64,000 nt of DNA from Chrysomallon squamiferum. Lineage: Eukaryota > Animalia > Mollusca. The stretch covers positions 3,224,001 through 3,288,000 of the forward strand of contig CM022674.1 in assembly GCA_012295275.1 (NCBI GenBank). The letters run 5' to 3'. A program made the translations under genes and the position numbers. Numbering within the stretch: the stretch's first letter is position 1; every line of letters starts with the position of its first letter. Shown here one piece after another: positions 26,177 through 41,573 of this stretch. The notes beneath the pieces were generated by a model that saw only the letters and a program-made list of their open reading frames with translations, searched no databases and was not told the origin of the DNA.

Positions 26177-26178
<2 letters not shown>
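25537..26178 (-). mobile_element. Internally deleted pogo/Tigger-type (Tc1/mariner superfamily) DNA transposon retaining the transposase C-terminus
   Basis: Imperfect TIRs: AGTAAAGTACCCTGTAGCGAA (25538-25558) vs the reverse complement of 26158-26178, AGTCGGGTACCCTATAACGAA (16/21 identical), with TA at 25535-36. The minus strand 26050-25807 reads CWNKLSKTVKEYHPDAGAVETGLNLF/(frameshift)NGTVVAHFWTVQKSRMKQPTLDSFFKRR...*, resembling Tigger transposase C-termini with a PIP-box. Confidence 0.75.
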
Positions 26179-26239
<61 letters not shown>

Positions 26240-26311
26240 CGCGTGTGATTAAGTTCAAAATTCCTTAGGACAAACTATGGAATGCAGTCATAAAAAGTCT
26301 ATTCTCATAGA

Positions 26312-26354
<43 letters not shown>

Positions 26355-26474
26355 GTCTATTCTCATAGATGATATATATATAATATGAATTGTAAATAGC
26401 AAGCTGAGACAGATAAATCAGTTCTGTTAAACACATCTTTAACTGGGTGTACATATAATGTGTCTATTTGTGTA

Positions 26475-26514
<40 letters not shown>

Positions 26515-27391
26515 CGCGCGTATGTAGTGTAATATTTACTTAAGACAAATGTAACTTTAAAATGTAGAATTACCTGAAATGCAACGGATCGAAGGATCAA
26601 ATCTCTTATTGGTGTTTTATTCCAGGTACCACAATGTCTATAAAATTCTATTTTCCCCAGTTTGCATTGAAATATTGAACTTCAGTCCGCTGCAGTTATA
26701 TGTCTTTAAATGCAAGATAAACTATTTTAAATGGATTTTTTGTTCTTTCTTATTTATTTATTTTTTTTTATTTTTATTTTTTATTTATTTTTTATTTTTT
26801 ATTTTTTATTTTTTTTTTGGACGTTGTTGTTGTATTTTAACTTCACCCTAGTTTTAAATTAATTTATACACACCATAATCTGGAATTACAGTTTTTTCGT
26901 TCTGAATATTTTTTCTTCTTTTCAATCTTTGTAAATGCAAGGGAGGTAAGCCATGAAACTGTTCACCACGAAACACTTATGTCCCTTGATTGTTATATAT
27001 TGATTATTCAAACAGAATTTATGAGCTGCGGCGTATATTTCGGATAATGATATAAAAATAAACACTAATATCTTATTATATAGAATATTTATTTATTAAA
27101 AGGGACAAATTTAATGGACCTTTTAATAATTACGACGTCATTTTAATATACGAATGTAAATTATCATATATTATTAAAATTGTCTGTATTATAAATTAAG
27201 GTAAATTTATCGTCATCGTCGGTCAACTGTTATTATAAGGTGAACAAAATTAATTACTTTAAACTGTTCTAATTAAATAAACTTCTAACATAAACTACAT
27301 TATTTGAAATATAATTCAATGCACCGCATTTATTCTGCTCGAATTATCTGTAGCACTGCAAAGGAGGAAATTACCCAACAACAGAATAATA

Positions 27392-27703
27392 ATGGCGATA
27401 TACACAATTTATATTATTAACAAAGCTGGAAGTTTAATTTTTCATTATGACCACCAGAAAAGTCGTCCAGAAATGGAAAAGACTTTTAGTTATCCCTTAG
27501 AACTTGTACTAAAAGTGTTCGATGACAGAATTGTAGTCGCTTTTGGAGAACGTGATGGCATCAAAGGTGATTTGTAACTTAGCCTAGTTGAAGTAGTTCA
27601 GTATGAAACGTCGAAAGTAGTCTGAATAGAATGTTCTGTGACTTATAAAATGTTTTAATAACAAATTTATATGGACGTATAGCTTTGCGTGCGCGCCTTT
27701 ATA

Positions 27704-27793
<90 letters not shown>

Positions 27794-28005
27794 CATTTTA
27801 CTGTTACTCAATTTACTGTACTAGTCTAGTGTTGTTGCTGTTAGTATCACTATCAAAGTATCATAAGCGTGTGCATATTATCTAGAAAAATATAACTGTC
27901 ATTGATGGTGTTAATATAATAACACTAAACAACGTTAACGAAATATTTATTAACATAGTAATTGTTAATATCATTATTATTATTAGAACAACAACAACAA
28001 CAACA

Positions 28006-28071
<66 letters not shown>

Positions 28072-30699
28072 GTTACTTTAGTGCTTAAAATTTTGATTTG
28101 CAGATTTTTGCCTGCAATTTATAACTTAACGATATTATTTTCAGTTGGCCACACAGTACTACAAATAAATGATATCCCAGCAGATGGTAGGTTTTTAAAA
28201 GACAGACGAGATATTCTGGAAGTTTTAGCATCAGAGGAGAATTACCCACTGAGTATTAAATTTGGTCGACCAAAGCTGACAAGTAACCAGAGAATCATGC
28301 TTGCATCCATGTTTCATTCGTAAATATTAAAAGAATTTGTTTGTTTCATTACTGTTTCTGTATTTTTAGTGTCACTTACTGCAGTCATGATTAATTTTCA
28401 TTTGAGTTTTTTTTTTTTAACTAAATCACAAGTGAATTGTAGAACATTTTCAGTACAATATCAGTCTACCATCTTCTTGTATCATAAGTTTTAAATTTCA
28501 TGCCGATGTCTTCTGCTTTATTCAGAAATGAGTGGGAATAACTGACATCACTTGTAAGACACCATTTCCATTACAAGTACCAAGTTTCTGTCCTGGTTTA
28601 TATATCATTTTTATTATCAGTTGTTTGTTATCAACAGAATGTTCCAGAATGAACCTAAATACATAATTTGCTAGGTTAACTTTCAAATAACAGTGCAATT
28701 AACAAATTTAGGAATACTACCGAAAAGTGGAAATGAGATTCACTACAGAAAATCACTTAGAAAAGAACCTAGTCTTCTTGTTTAGAATTATAAGCTGAAC
28801 TTTTAAGAACCTTTTTTTGTTTTAAAGTCTGTTGATTCACAAAGAACCAGATGTTTTAATTGAAGATTCATAAATTTTCTTATTGTCAGTAGAACAAAGG
28901 TTATTGTTCTTACTTAGAACATAAGATATGCTGAACTATGACAAAGAATCAGATGTTGTTGCAGTTGAAGATTCACAAATCTGTCTTTCATTTTCAGCTT
29001 GTTTGCGTTTGGAAGTCAGCTATCTCCAGACCCTCATTCTTCAGGAATTGAAGTCCTCGAAACAGACATGTTTAAACTGCACTGTCAACAAACTATGACA
29101 GGTAAATTTTTAAAATTTTAATTTTTCTCTACAAATTATAGAAAAAACGAGAATTAAAACTATTAAGACTATTTTACTAATCTAAGTCAGAATGGAGAAA
29201 ATAATAAAAAAAAAAAAATTTTTTTTAAGTTGTATCATGTTGTAGTCTGTGGTTTCATGCACACCAAGATAATTTCCTGTTCCTGCCTGGGTCCCTATCT
29301 ATACCAGCCAGTGCCCCATGATCATTTTTTCAAAAGACCAAGTTATGAGAAGGATCATATGTAACTGTGTTTTTCTAATTAAACATCTAACCCATTATAA
29401 AACAGCATCAGGTTTCCTTTGCTTCTCTGTGTAGCCAGTAGTAATATTAATATGGATGAATGTATGATTTTGTTATATCAGTACTGTCATAGCATGAATA
29501 GTAGCATACCCTATGAGAACACCCTATGGTTAAAACTATTTATTTATAATACATAAATGCTTATAACTACAGTATTTAATTCACTGTACTTCTTTCAGAG
29601 CATAAAATTTAGCTTAGCAGCTCTGATCTTAAACATTATTTGAAATTTAGTGTAGAAAATAAAATGCTGAAGACCATTGCATTGCATACTTGTTTATTGA
29701 TGCATTTTACTTCATTAAATGAAAAATATTCTTTCTTGCTTTATGGCAGTATTAAAAAGATAAAATAAAAATGCTTATAAAGGTGTGTTTTGTTTTATTC
29801 ACAGGTATTAAGTTTATTGTGATAGCTGATCCCAAGCAGGCTGGGATAGACCTCTTGTTGAAGAAACTTTATGAAATATATTCTGACTATGCTTTGAAAA
29901 ACCCTTTTTACACTCTAGATATGCCCATCAAGTAAGTAAAATTATATTAAATTTTTTTTTAATTTTTATTACTCTGTATTTTATTTTTACTTTTTAAGTT
30001 TTTGTTAGTGTTATTATTTTGGTTATTGTTATTTTGTTATTATAGTTATTGTCATTTTTACAGTTATTTTTATTATTATTATTATCATTATTATTATTAT
30101 TTTCTTTGTTTTTCTTTTATAATAATAATTGTATCCATATGTTGTTGTAATTTTAATATTTATATGTTGATGAATCCAACCTTTAATTTCATTATTTTCA
30201 TATTTGAAAATAATTTATAAACCTGTTTAACAACAAACATTTCATGATAACAAATTTCAAAATAATTCATTAGTGTTTACATGAATATTTTGTTTTAAGA
30301 CAAATAAAATTGTGATATAAAAACACTTTTAAACAGGACATTTTAAAATAAAAATGTATTTTTTTTTTTGGCAGCCAGTATTGGGTGTTGGATTGTTAAA
30401 CTTATATAATCTTTATTCATGCACAAAAATTATTTAAATTATCACTCCATATTTTACAAAGTATTTCAGACATGGAAATTGCTGTCTGTTCTCACACAAA
30501 CCACATGCATGCAAACCCACATCTACATACATGCACATATACATGCACACATGTGCACACACAAAAACTCACACAGATAATTGACAACTAAAACATGGTA
30601 AAACATATTTTCTTGTTTTATTTCAGATGTGAACTTTTTGATGCTAATTTACAAACACTGGTTGATCAGTCAGAAAAACTTGGCCTCAACATTTTGTGA
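27392..30699 (+). CDS. TRAPPC4: Trafficking protein particle complex subunit 4 (TRAPPC4/synbindin/Trs23), join(27392..27566,28145..28319,28998..29101,29805..29931,30627..30699), 217 aa
   Basis: The spliced translation runs [17 protein letters not shown]...EKTFSYPL...[13 protein letters not shown]...[30 protein letters not shown]...[31 protein letters not shown]...[26 protein letters not shown]...NIL*. All four introns are GT-AG. Exon sizes 175/175/104/127/73 keep the frame (654 nt). Confidence 0.97.
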
Positions 30700-30989
30700 G
30701 AAAGTCACACACACACAGAGAAATGACATCACAAATACATAACATTTTGAACTTTGCCAAAAGGCCAAGAAGTGAACAGTACATTTTGTACATGTGATCA
30801 AAAATCTTAAACAATCTGGGATTCTGCAGATATCTGCTGGATAAGTAAAACTTTATAAAATATAATTTATTTATTTCACAGTTTTCATTTCAAAATGAGT
30901 GGTCATCTATCAAGTGCTTTGTCTGTTTTTCAATGTCAAATCAGGAGAAATAATTTAATGTTTTTATCTATATTATATTACACTTTTTA

Positions 30990-31069
<80 letters not shown>

Positions 31070-31099
31070 TCTGTCTGTGCATGTACCTCTGTGTGTGTA

Positions 31100-31133
<34 letters not shown>

Positions 31134-34100
31134 AATATAAAATACATGTTTGTAATGAAAGATATGTATATGATTCTTAGCTACTCTGGAAACCACATGT
31201 AGAACATGAATTCTGTGATTTTTGAAACTGAAGCCTGTAATGGACAAATAAGTAACCACTTGAGCTATACAAAACATACCAGTTTTAAAACAACAAAACT
31301 TTAAGAGTTTTGATCATTCTTGTTAGAATATTTTTTGTGCAGTATACTATAGTGATTGAAAAAAAAATACTATTTCTTTTATTTTGTTTTATTGAGTTTT
31401 CAGTTTTCAGTAAACCTTGGATTTTTATATTATGTTTTTATATTTATTGATTTTTTAAATTTATTTATATATTTTATATATTGATTTTTTTTTTTGTCTT
31501 TACTTAAATACAATGAACAGATAATATTTGTTGACACAGTAGTCAAAAAAAGAAAGAAAGAAGAACATTAGAGATATCATTTTAAAGTAACTACTCAAAA
31601 TTTTGTGTTTATGATATCTCTCATAGTCTCCTTTGCATTGTTTTTCTTCACTGTCAATCTTCAATACAAGAGTTGTTTCCCTTGATTGTTAACAACAACA
31701 GTAACATTAATAATAATAATAATGGTAATAATATTTTTAAAAATCAGTCACTTAATATATTTAAAAATGAGTCTTATTTTGTTATTGAGCATATATATTA
31801 ATTTATGTGAAGCAAGATGAAGAATGATTATTGAAATTATAAATATTATTGCACGTCTTTAAATAGTGTCATTTGTAAAAAAAAATATACATTCGGTGAA
31901 TCACCAGCAAAATATTTCAAAAATTACTATTTATTACTTTACATCTACTCAATGTTTTTATTTTTATTTATTATTATTATTATTTTTGTTTGCCTCTGTG
32001 TTTAATGATATATCTGAAATAGATTGTTTCTAACAATAGTGTTATAAACAGATAATAAATTATAGAAAAATATTTGTGGTATTTTTAAATAATATATTTA
32101 AAAAAAAAAATTTTTACCCACCTCCATAACCCATCAAACCAATGGATTTGATTTCACTGCTTTAAGCTGGTTGTTCTGTATCTGTACCTTTTTTCTTCTT
32201 TATTATTTTTATCATAAATATGTGTGCAAATCTCTGTATGTGTATACATGAATGTATACATATATGTTTATGTGTGTGTGTTTCAGTCTATCTGTAAAAC
32301 CAGTCATTACATGTAATTACTGAAATATTCAGTCATTTCACGAAATTCCTCTCATCACTAGTCATTTCATGAAATAGCAAAAACATCAGGTCCTGTAATT
32401 CACATGATGCCAACATTTACTTGTTTTTATGTACCAAACATCTGTGACAAGTCACAAGAACTGGAACATTGCACTTGGTTTTCTAGTGATTTGCATGATT
32501 CAAAACAGAATTTGTGATGTGAACATTTCCCATTTAGAATTCCTGTTTCCACACAAAACTATGTACATATAATTGTGACACTCTTAAATAATGCCCAGAT
32601 GTTTTTCTTAAATCATGTAGAACATTCGGGTGATCTTTATTTTGTAAGTCAAATTTTAGTTATCAAAAGCTAACTACATTTAGAAATTATAACTTACCAC
32701 TAAGAACAAAGAAAAGTTTGCTTTCCATATTGTATGTTTAGATATTATGCACATCAAATGACCTAATTTGTATTTAGAAATTGTTGACAGCAATGTGATG
32801 ATTTCGGCTTTGTTGTTCAAACATTCTGTTTTGTACATCTAATCATTACAAGCAGTGATGGAAGTGGGTTTTCAGGGCTCAGGGATGGACTCTAAACCTC
32901 ACCTTAAAATGTTTTGTAATGTGAAAATGTAGTTTGTTACAGCAGGCAGATCCAAGAAAAAAAAAATTGACATTTCTATTATGTAGCCTAATTCAGGCCT
33001 TTTTAATAATTTATTAATGATGTAGAATAACTGAATAAATGTATCTCACAGGACTTGAATGAAAACTGTTTTGGCAATTCTACAAACTACTATGCTGATG
33101 TGTCAGTACCACACCAACCACTTAGATACTAACACATTTCCTCAAGTAAAATTATTAATTCAGTACAATCAGATTGAGGTTGTTTTTGTTGTTGTTGTTG
33201 TTGTTGGTTTATTGATAAAATAAATTATATATGTGTGTTTATGAGAGCTGAGTAAAATGTACAAATGTAATTACTGAAAGTAAAGAAGTACATTTTAGTT
33301 GTTAGAAATTTGACAATGGATTACAAAACTATTTATATATATGTATATATATATAATAATATGACATTATTTAATTTTCATTCAGTATTAGTGCTGTTCT
33401 TAACAGAGTCAGTTGTAAATTTGTTTAGTGTTTCAGGTTTTCCTTTACTTTAGTTCTTTGTGTGTGTGAGTATGGGACACTAACAATAATTAGATAATTA
33501 TAAAGCAAAATCTAAACTTAATAATAATGATTTTTTTTTTTTTTTTTTTATGGAGACCTTATTTTTTATTATTATTTAAAGACAGTAATAATCAGTTTTC
33601 AGCAAAAATAATGACTGAGGTAACAACATACACATCAGCAAAACAACTGAACAATATTTGTTGTTGTTTTAGTGTTTGAATCATTGGGAATGCAGTCAAA
33701 TGGCAGAAATCCTGTTGTTCTGTTCAGTTTATCCAAAACAGCAGAATCAGCAGAAATCATTAATATACTGAGCTTGTCTTAAACATACAAAAACATCAGA
33801 TAAATAAAATAATAAAAAGTAAATGATGGAAAAACAGAAAACAACAATTACAGATTGTCAAGAAGCACAATACACAGACTCACTGGTTCACATCCAAGCA
33901 TTTTGTGTATCAGAAAAAAAATCATTATTTTAGGCATTACATGAAATGACTGGTGGTCATAGACATTGGATAATGACTTATTTAATACATATAAATGTGT
34001 GATTAGTAGATATATAGGTTTATTCACAACATTCCTTTCATCAAGTGATGTCACAAAAATTCAAACATGTAAATATGTGTCAAATGTATAACTTGTGAAT

Positions 34101-34181
34101 CTTATTCTTCAGAGTAAATGTGCAATAAAACTGATTATGCCTGTTATTATTTTTCAGTTGTTAAATTTATTTGTTTTTAAT

Positions 34182-34237
<56 letters not shown>

Positions 34238-35617
34238 GAAGATATACACATTCAAAAGATAAAGTTTTATAGAATTAATATATGTCTAATAATTAAAAAA
34301 AAAAAATCAATTAAGAAAAAAAAAAAAAAGAACTGAAAAGGGGCAGTTTGTTAGTTAAATATGCATGACACAAATGTTTATAATTTATAAACAAATGTCA
34401 GATATTTTGGTCATCATGAAAAATTAAGGAGATGTCATGGTACATTGGAATTCCACATATATTTTATTTTATTTTATTTTATTTCACTTTATTTTGCTTT
34501 TATATATATTTTTTTAATTCTTTTTTCTATATTTTATTTTATTTATTTATTTGTTATTATTATTTTTTACTATGTTTTATTGTTATTATTTTATTTTCAT
34601 TTATTCATTCATTCATTCAGTCATATATTTATTTATTTATTTATCTGCAGTTCTTCACAGTAGTATAAATACCTTTTAAAGGAATTGTCTCTTCCTGGTT
34701 GGATATGTTTTCATATAATACCTAAATCTCCATTAGCTCATTTTCTATATGTACTTGCACAGCATTTTACAATATCCCTAATTTGTTTCAAAAATAAAAT
34801 GTTTACAGTCGATAAATTTCGCCTATTCTCGTACGTTTTCGTTTTATTACCGTGATTTCTGAAACGTACACTATCGTAAAACGAAATCCACTGAGACTTT
34901 TCAAGCAATTAATTTTCGAGTAAAAGCTCATAAAATATTCACAGTATATCTTCGCTAATTGTTTACAAAATCGCGAAATTATTTTCTTGAAACCTCTCAC
35001 TGTTATCGTCTTGGGACACATTTCCGTGAACGACTTATTTTCGGAAACGCGGGAGTAGATTCTGTGAACAATTAGTAAAGTTATTCGATCTTTCTCCCTA
35101 GCTGAAATACACGTGCGCGCGTGCTTCTAGCAGGTAGCCGAATTCCATGCCAGAAAAAAAAGAAGAAGAAGAAAAAAAAAAGAAGTCGGAGAAATGTTTA
35201 TTTATTCGTCTGGCAGGTAGTGCGAAGCATACAGAGCTGAAACAAGACGGTGTTGATACTTTTTTTTTTTTTCTCCTGTGGTTTGGTTTCGTTTATAAAA
35301 GTGTTAACAAGAAGCGGTTTATTAATAATTAAATTCTGAAAACAGTCGTGAAAAAAAAAAGTACACAGACTCAGTTCTTGGCTTGGAGAGGGGAAAAAAA
35401 AAAAAAAAAAAGAAAAAAGTTATGTGTGCTAGAATTAAGAAAGTTTGTTTCGGTAAAAACTGTTTCGTTAACAATCACGTATTCTCGTCTGCTTATTTGC
35501 GATTTCTGGAATTTTCGGTTTCTGACTTTTCTTCCTTGAAACTCGCTGAACGCTGAAAGGAGGATTTCGTTTAGACTGTTGTTTCACGAAGAATCCGACA
35601 TTCTCGAAAAACGAAAG

Positions 35618-35675
<58 letters not shown>

Positions 35676-36288
35676 TGTTACTATTGTTAATTGCTTTATG
35701 TGTGTGACAAAAAGTAAACTAAACGGGAGCGGCCATTTAAGAAAACAACAAAAACGTGAATTATTGTTGTTACGACTGAAAAGTTAAGCACGTGATCAAT
35801 TCATATTAGTACTGTCGGTCTCTGGGTATTTGCCAATCTTAGAAATTAAGAGTTAATGGAAGAATAATTCTCCCTTCCTAATGAGGCTGTTTTATTTCAG
35901 ATACATTTCGATGGTCTCTTGAGAATACAGAACTAACAGCAACAATTTAACAACATTACTGATTTCTATTCTGTTGACGTTATTTTTTTTTATCTTTATT
36001 ATTATTATTGTTCTATTTTATAAATTATTATTTTTTTATATTTTTGACTCTTGAAGTTTCTGTAATTCTTAATTAACCTGGATAAATAAGTTTGGAACTG
36101 TTTTTGTTCACAAAACGACAAATATGAATTCGGAATCGTCAAGCCTGACTAGAAATTCTTATTTGGCACCCATAGTTTCCATAGAGAAGGTCATACAGGT
36201 TAGACCTACAAGGGTAAGTATTATTAAATATAATAACTTATTGTCTGACCAGTAATGCAATATATTGCTTATTCACTAGATTCGTTTT

Positions 36289-36327
<39 letters not shown>

Positions 36328-36483
36328 TATTTGTTCTTACTGCTTTGAAAAAATTTGTGTTGTTTGTGAAATATTTCTTTTGTTTTTCTTAACATCTGCA
36401 TTTATTACTATAAAAAATAAACTAAAAAAGAAAAACTTAGCATATATTCATACATCTGTACATAAACAGAGGTACACAAAACG

Positions 36484-36569
<86 letters not shown>

Positions 36570-36781
36570 ATATATGCACTCATTCAGTCAAACATATAGA
36601 GAAAACTTTATATTTTCTCTTTCTGTTTTGTGTCTATGTTAGTATGTAATTATTTTTATATGTCTATACGAATATGCAAGTATCTCCAAGAAGAGACGAC
36701 AAATATCGATAGATACAGAGAAAGAGAAACGACACAAAAAGAGGGAGTAGAATGTGTCTGTGTGTGTGTTCATGTGTTTGT

Positions 36782-37398
<617 letters not shown>

Positions 37399-37764
37399 AC
37401 TGATTGGTATTTCGAGAATTTTACATTGAATAAAATGGATCACGCTATTTTTTTTTTTCTTTTTTATATTTCACATTGAAAATGTACAGGTAAGATATTT
37501 CCATTGTTCAAGACTATTGTAGATTTTTTTCCTTATCGATTTTGTTACAGGCAAGAGAATGTTCTCTGGAGAACATGGCTAAAAACTAAATGGACATAGC
37601 GACATCAATGTATTTCAGTATTACATATGTTACTGCTTTAACATATGCACGTATTATAAAAACAGAATAATCAGGATTCACAAGCATTACATATTAAAAT
37701 CTTACATAATAAAAATATTTACGCTCTGCTTCATGGTTTTTACTATTATTATTATTATATTATT

Positions 37765-37796
<32 letters not shown>

Positions 37797-37840
37797 TTTT
37801 TCTGTTATTACTTTTAATTTTTCAACTCATTTGTTTCCAT

Positions 37841-37873
<33 letters not shown>

Positions 37874-38897
37874 CTTCTTCTTCTTCTTCTTCTTCTTCTT
37901 CTTCTTCTTCTTCTTCTTCTTCTTCTCTCTATACAACCAGTTTATTTGTTATTTTAGGAGTTTTACGAACATTCCTAAATGATGGATAATTTACGACGCA
38001 ATTACGTTATTCGTTTCCAAGTAACTTTTAGACAATTTAAAAGCAGATTAAAAAAAAAAAAAACAACTTTTGCTATCAATTATCTCACTGTTTCTTGTCA
38101 GCTTAACTACCTTATTACTAAGCTTTTAGAACAAGTGGTTTGAATTAAAGAATTTTTTTATTTTTTTTTATTTTTTTTATGTTTTATTGTTTTATTTTTT
38201 TTTTTAAAGAAGCAAGCTCTACACTCTGCTGTGGAAACAAGACATGCAGATAGCATAAACATATTTTTCTGTGTATTACCATCCAACATGAAGGTCTGGT
38301 AAGAAATTACACACGCACGCACACTCGCACACATATATATCACAACGATAAAACGTAAAAAAACGAAGAAATACGAAAACTGCCGAGTCCTGGTTTTTTT
38401 TTTTTTTTTTTTTTTTTGGCTCATTTTCTTTTGACGTCACGACGTTTATACAGACGAAAAATAAATAAAACCTGACATATATATCAGTTTAACTGGTGAT
38501 TTACTCGGTTTTCGCGTTTATCTACATCGAATTTGCAAAATGCATTTAAGCTCGATCTCAATTATCCTTAAGAATGAATGGTTTTTGTGTGTTTTCCGTT
38601 TCTGTTATTTGCGTCAGTTTAAAAATAATTTTCTCCTTTCTTACGTATTTACACACTTGCTTTACACGAATGTGGAGCAGGTGCTATTTTCGCTAAAGTA
38701 CGCGATTACGTTCTAAAGACAACAATAAACAAAAAAAGAGTAATAATAAAAACGAAAGTAAGTAAGTAAATAAATAAATATTCTTATTTGTGTGTGTGTG
38801 TGTTTTCCAGCGTATTAGAAGGTTCCAACAATTTACTGAATCTGTCAAAAGAAAAACAGTTAATATAAAAACAATATATATATATATAGAGAGAGAT

Positions 38898-38929
<32 letters not shown>

Positions 38930-38975
38930 CGGTATCAATGTATTCGTTGACTGAGAGCTTTACTCTCTGTATTCT

Positions 38976-39077
<102 letters not shown>

Positions 39078-39441
39078 TAAAAGGCTGTGAAAACGCTGAT
39101 ACAGTAATCTTTTCTGTTTTTTAATTTTATATTATGTATTATTTTTCTCCTCCGAATTTCTTCTAGGTTCGTGAGTTTATAAATAGAAAATTACTGCGCG
39201 TTTAAAGAACTGTACAGAAAGCAGACTTTAATTTGGTCAAACTACAACACAACACAGCAGTCTGGAGATCAGATTAGTCTGAAGTGGATTTGGAGTGTTA
39301 GGTCGCGAGATCGATCCTTTAAAGAGATTCTAATAAACCATTTGCCAGCAATTACTTGTTTATATTCGTTGAACCGTCTTGTGTCCATTTATTGAAAGAA
39401 GAGCTTATTGTTTCCCTAATTAGTTTTAACCCGCTAAAGAC

Positions 39442-39498
<57 letters not shown>

Positions 39499-41523
39499 TA
39501 TTATTATTATTATTATTTTTTTTATTTTTATTTTTTTAATTTGGTTCAATTTAAATTTTTTAATTTAATTTAATTTAATTTAATTTAATTTAATTTAATT
39601 TAATTTGTTTTCTATTATTATGATTAATATTATTTTTTAAATTTTTCATTATTTTTTTTTTTTTTTATAAGGCTCATAAATCGGTTCATCATTACCATAT
39701 TCTTCTATCTACCCTTATCAGATATAGTTATTTTATTTGCCATACTTTATTGTTATCAAAGACTGCTCGTAAGAAACAAATGAACAAAACAACGACTACG
39801 AACTATATAAAATATAGTCTTTGTTCTCCATCACAGAACACATAATAAAATAAATCGGCTGATACAAGCTGATATTCATGTCTAACACTCCGCCTATTCT
39901 GTTCTTCACTGCAGTAAGAAAATTACCTGCATCTTTAATACCTGTATCGGGTGCTGGTTGTAAATAATAGTCAGTGTCAGATTGCGCTGCTTGAAATACC
40001 TACGCTACCACTCATTTCTATTTCTGTCGAGTTCAGACAGGTACAGACATGATGAAAGCGGGCGATGAAGAAATATCTTTTCTCTCGGTGCGTGCTTGTT
40101 TTATCAGCTTTTATCTCAAATGGTTTGTTACACGCTTACGCAAACGTATCAACCCAACGTCACGAATATAAAAAACAAAAACAAACATGAACCGGTTTTA
40201 CAAATACCGCGCCACTGCGCCTGCGCGGTAGTGATGATGACGCAGATCCGGTTTGTTAGAAGAGAAATCGATGTAGAAATGGTGATGATGAAGATGTTGA
40301 CGAAAGAAAAACGAGTCCCAGTGGATCTGTGATTTGAAGAAGTCAGTGCATGAATTGATTTTAGCTGGTGTTTGACAAGGTTGTAAGAATGTGCGAACCA
40401 ACTGCATTAAGAACACTTCGTTTTTTAACATATTTTGTTTGTTTGTTTGTTTGTTTGTTTGTTTATTTATTTATTTATTTATTTATTTTATTTTATTTTA
40501 TTTTATTTTATTTTATTATTTTATTTTATTTTATTTTATTTTATTATTTTATTTTATCTTTATAACTATCATTATTATAACCATAATTATCATTATCGCC
40601 ATTATCATCATATTATTATCATTATCATCATCATGATCACCTGATGATTTTATTTAAAATTATTACAACAGCTACCGTACTACTACAACTACAACAACAA
40701 CTACTACTACTACTACTACTACTAACATCAATATAATTACTTCTTTTTACCGATGCTTCGTGTTGTTGTTGTTGTTGTTGTTGCTGTGGTTGCTGTTGAA
40801 GTGTTTATTGTCTTCTTTATAGTCAAATTTATTTTGTCTTGAAATTTACATTTATCAGATAATGGCTTTATTTCTCCTTTTAATCTGCTGGATCAGCCAT
40901 TTTGGTGTCACTGATATTATAGCATGTAGATCATATTCTAACACCGAGTCCTATTCAGAATTAGCTAAGGAGACCAATAACATTATTATAATTTATCTCA
41001 CAACGTACTTCTTACGAAATAATTACCATAGACAGCCACAACGTACATTTATTCTGTCAACTCAAAAAGTAACGTAAAGTCACATACGTCGACGAGTTAC
41101 TGAAAATAGATAAGTAAATAAATAAATATACGAAATGAAGACACTGACGAAATTGGGCGAACAAAAAAAGAAAAAGAAAGACAGACAGAAAGAAAGACAA
41201 ACGATAACAGGTTAACTAAAACGTAGAAACAAGGCAAAGAAACAAGAGCGAAAGAAGGCAGCGAAAATGAGAGAAGTCTGGAAAAGATTAATACAGAGGT
41301 TATAAATAAAGGAAGATGTTACACAGACACACACTGACTATGTGTTTGTGGTATAAATACTATTTTCCAGCAGTCTAACAGAACAATAAACATGTAGGTA
41401 GTTATATATATATATGCACTCTTAGGTTATATGAACTTATTTTTATTTTTTTTAAATTTTAATTTAATTTAATTTTATTGTATTTATTTATTATTATTGT
41501 TATTGTTATTATTATTATTATTA

Positions 41524-41573
<50 letters not shown>

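Noticed and set aside
28081-28144. N-terminal extension of the ORF 28081-28323
   Set aside because: It is intronic; TRAPPC4 exon 2 begins at 28145.
39270-39320. B-box-like GGTCGCGAGATCGATCC as a possible tRNA gene
   Set aside because: No cloverleaf can be folded; at most it is a decayed SINE head.
40200-40340. Acidic, protein-like stretch (GDDEDVDERKTSPSG)
   Set aside because: It is short, bounded by stops, lacks convincing splice sites and has no recognisable family.
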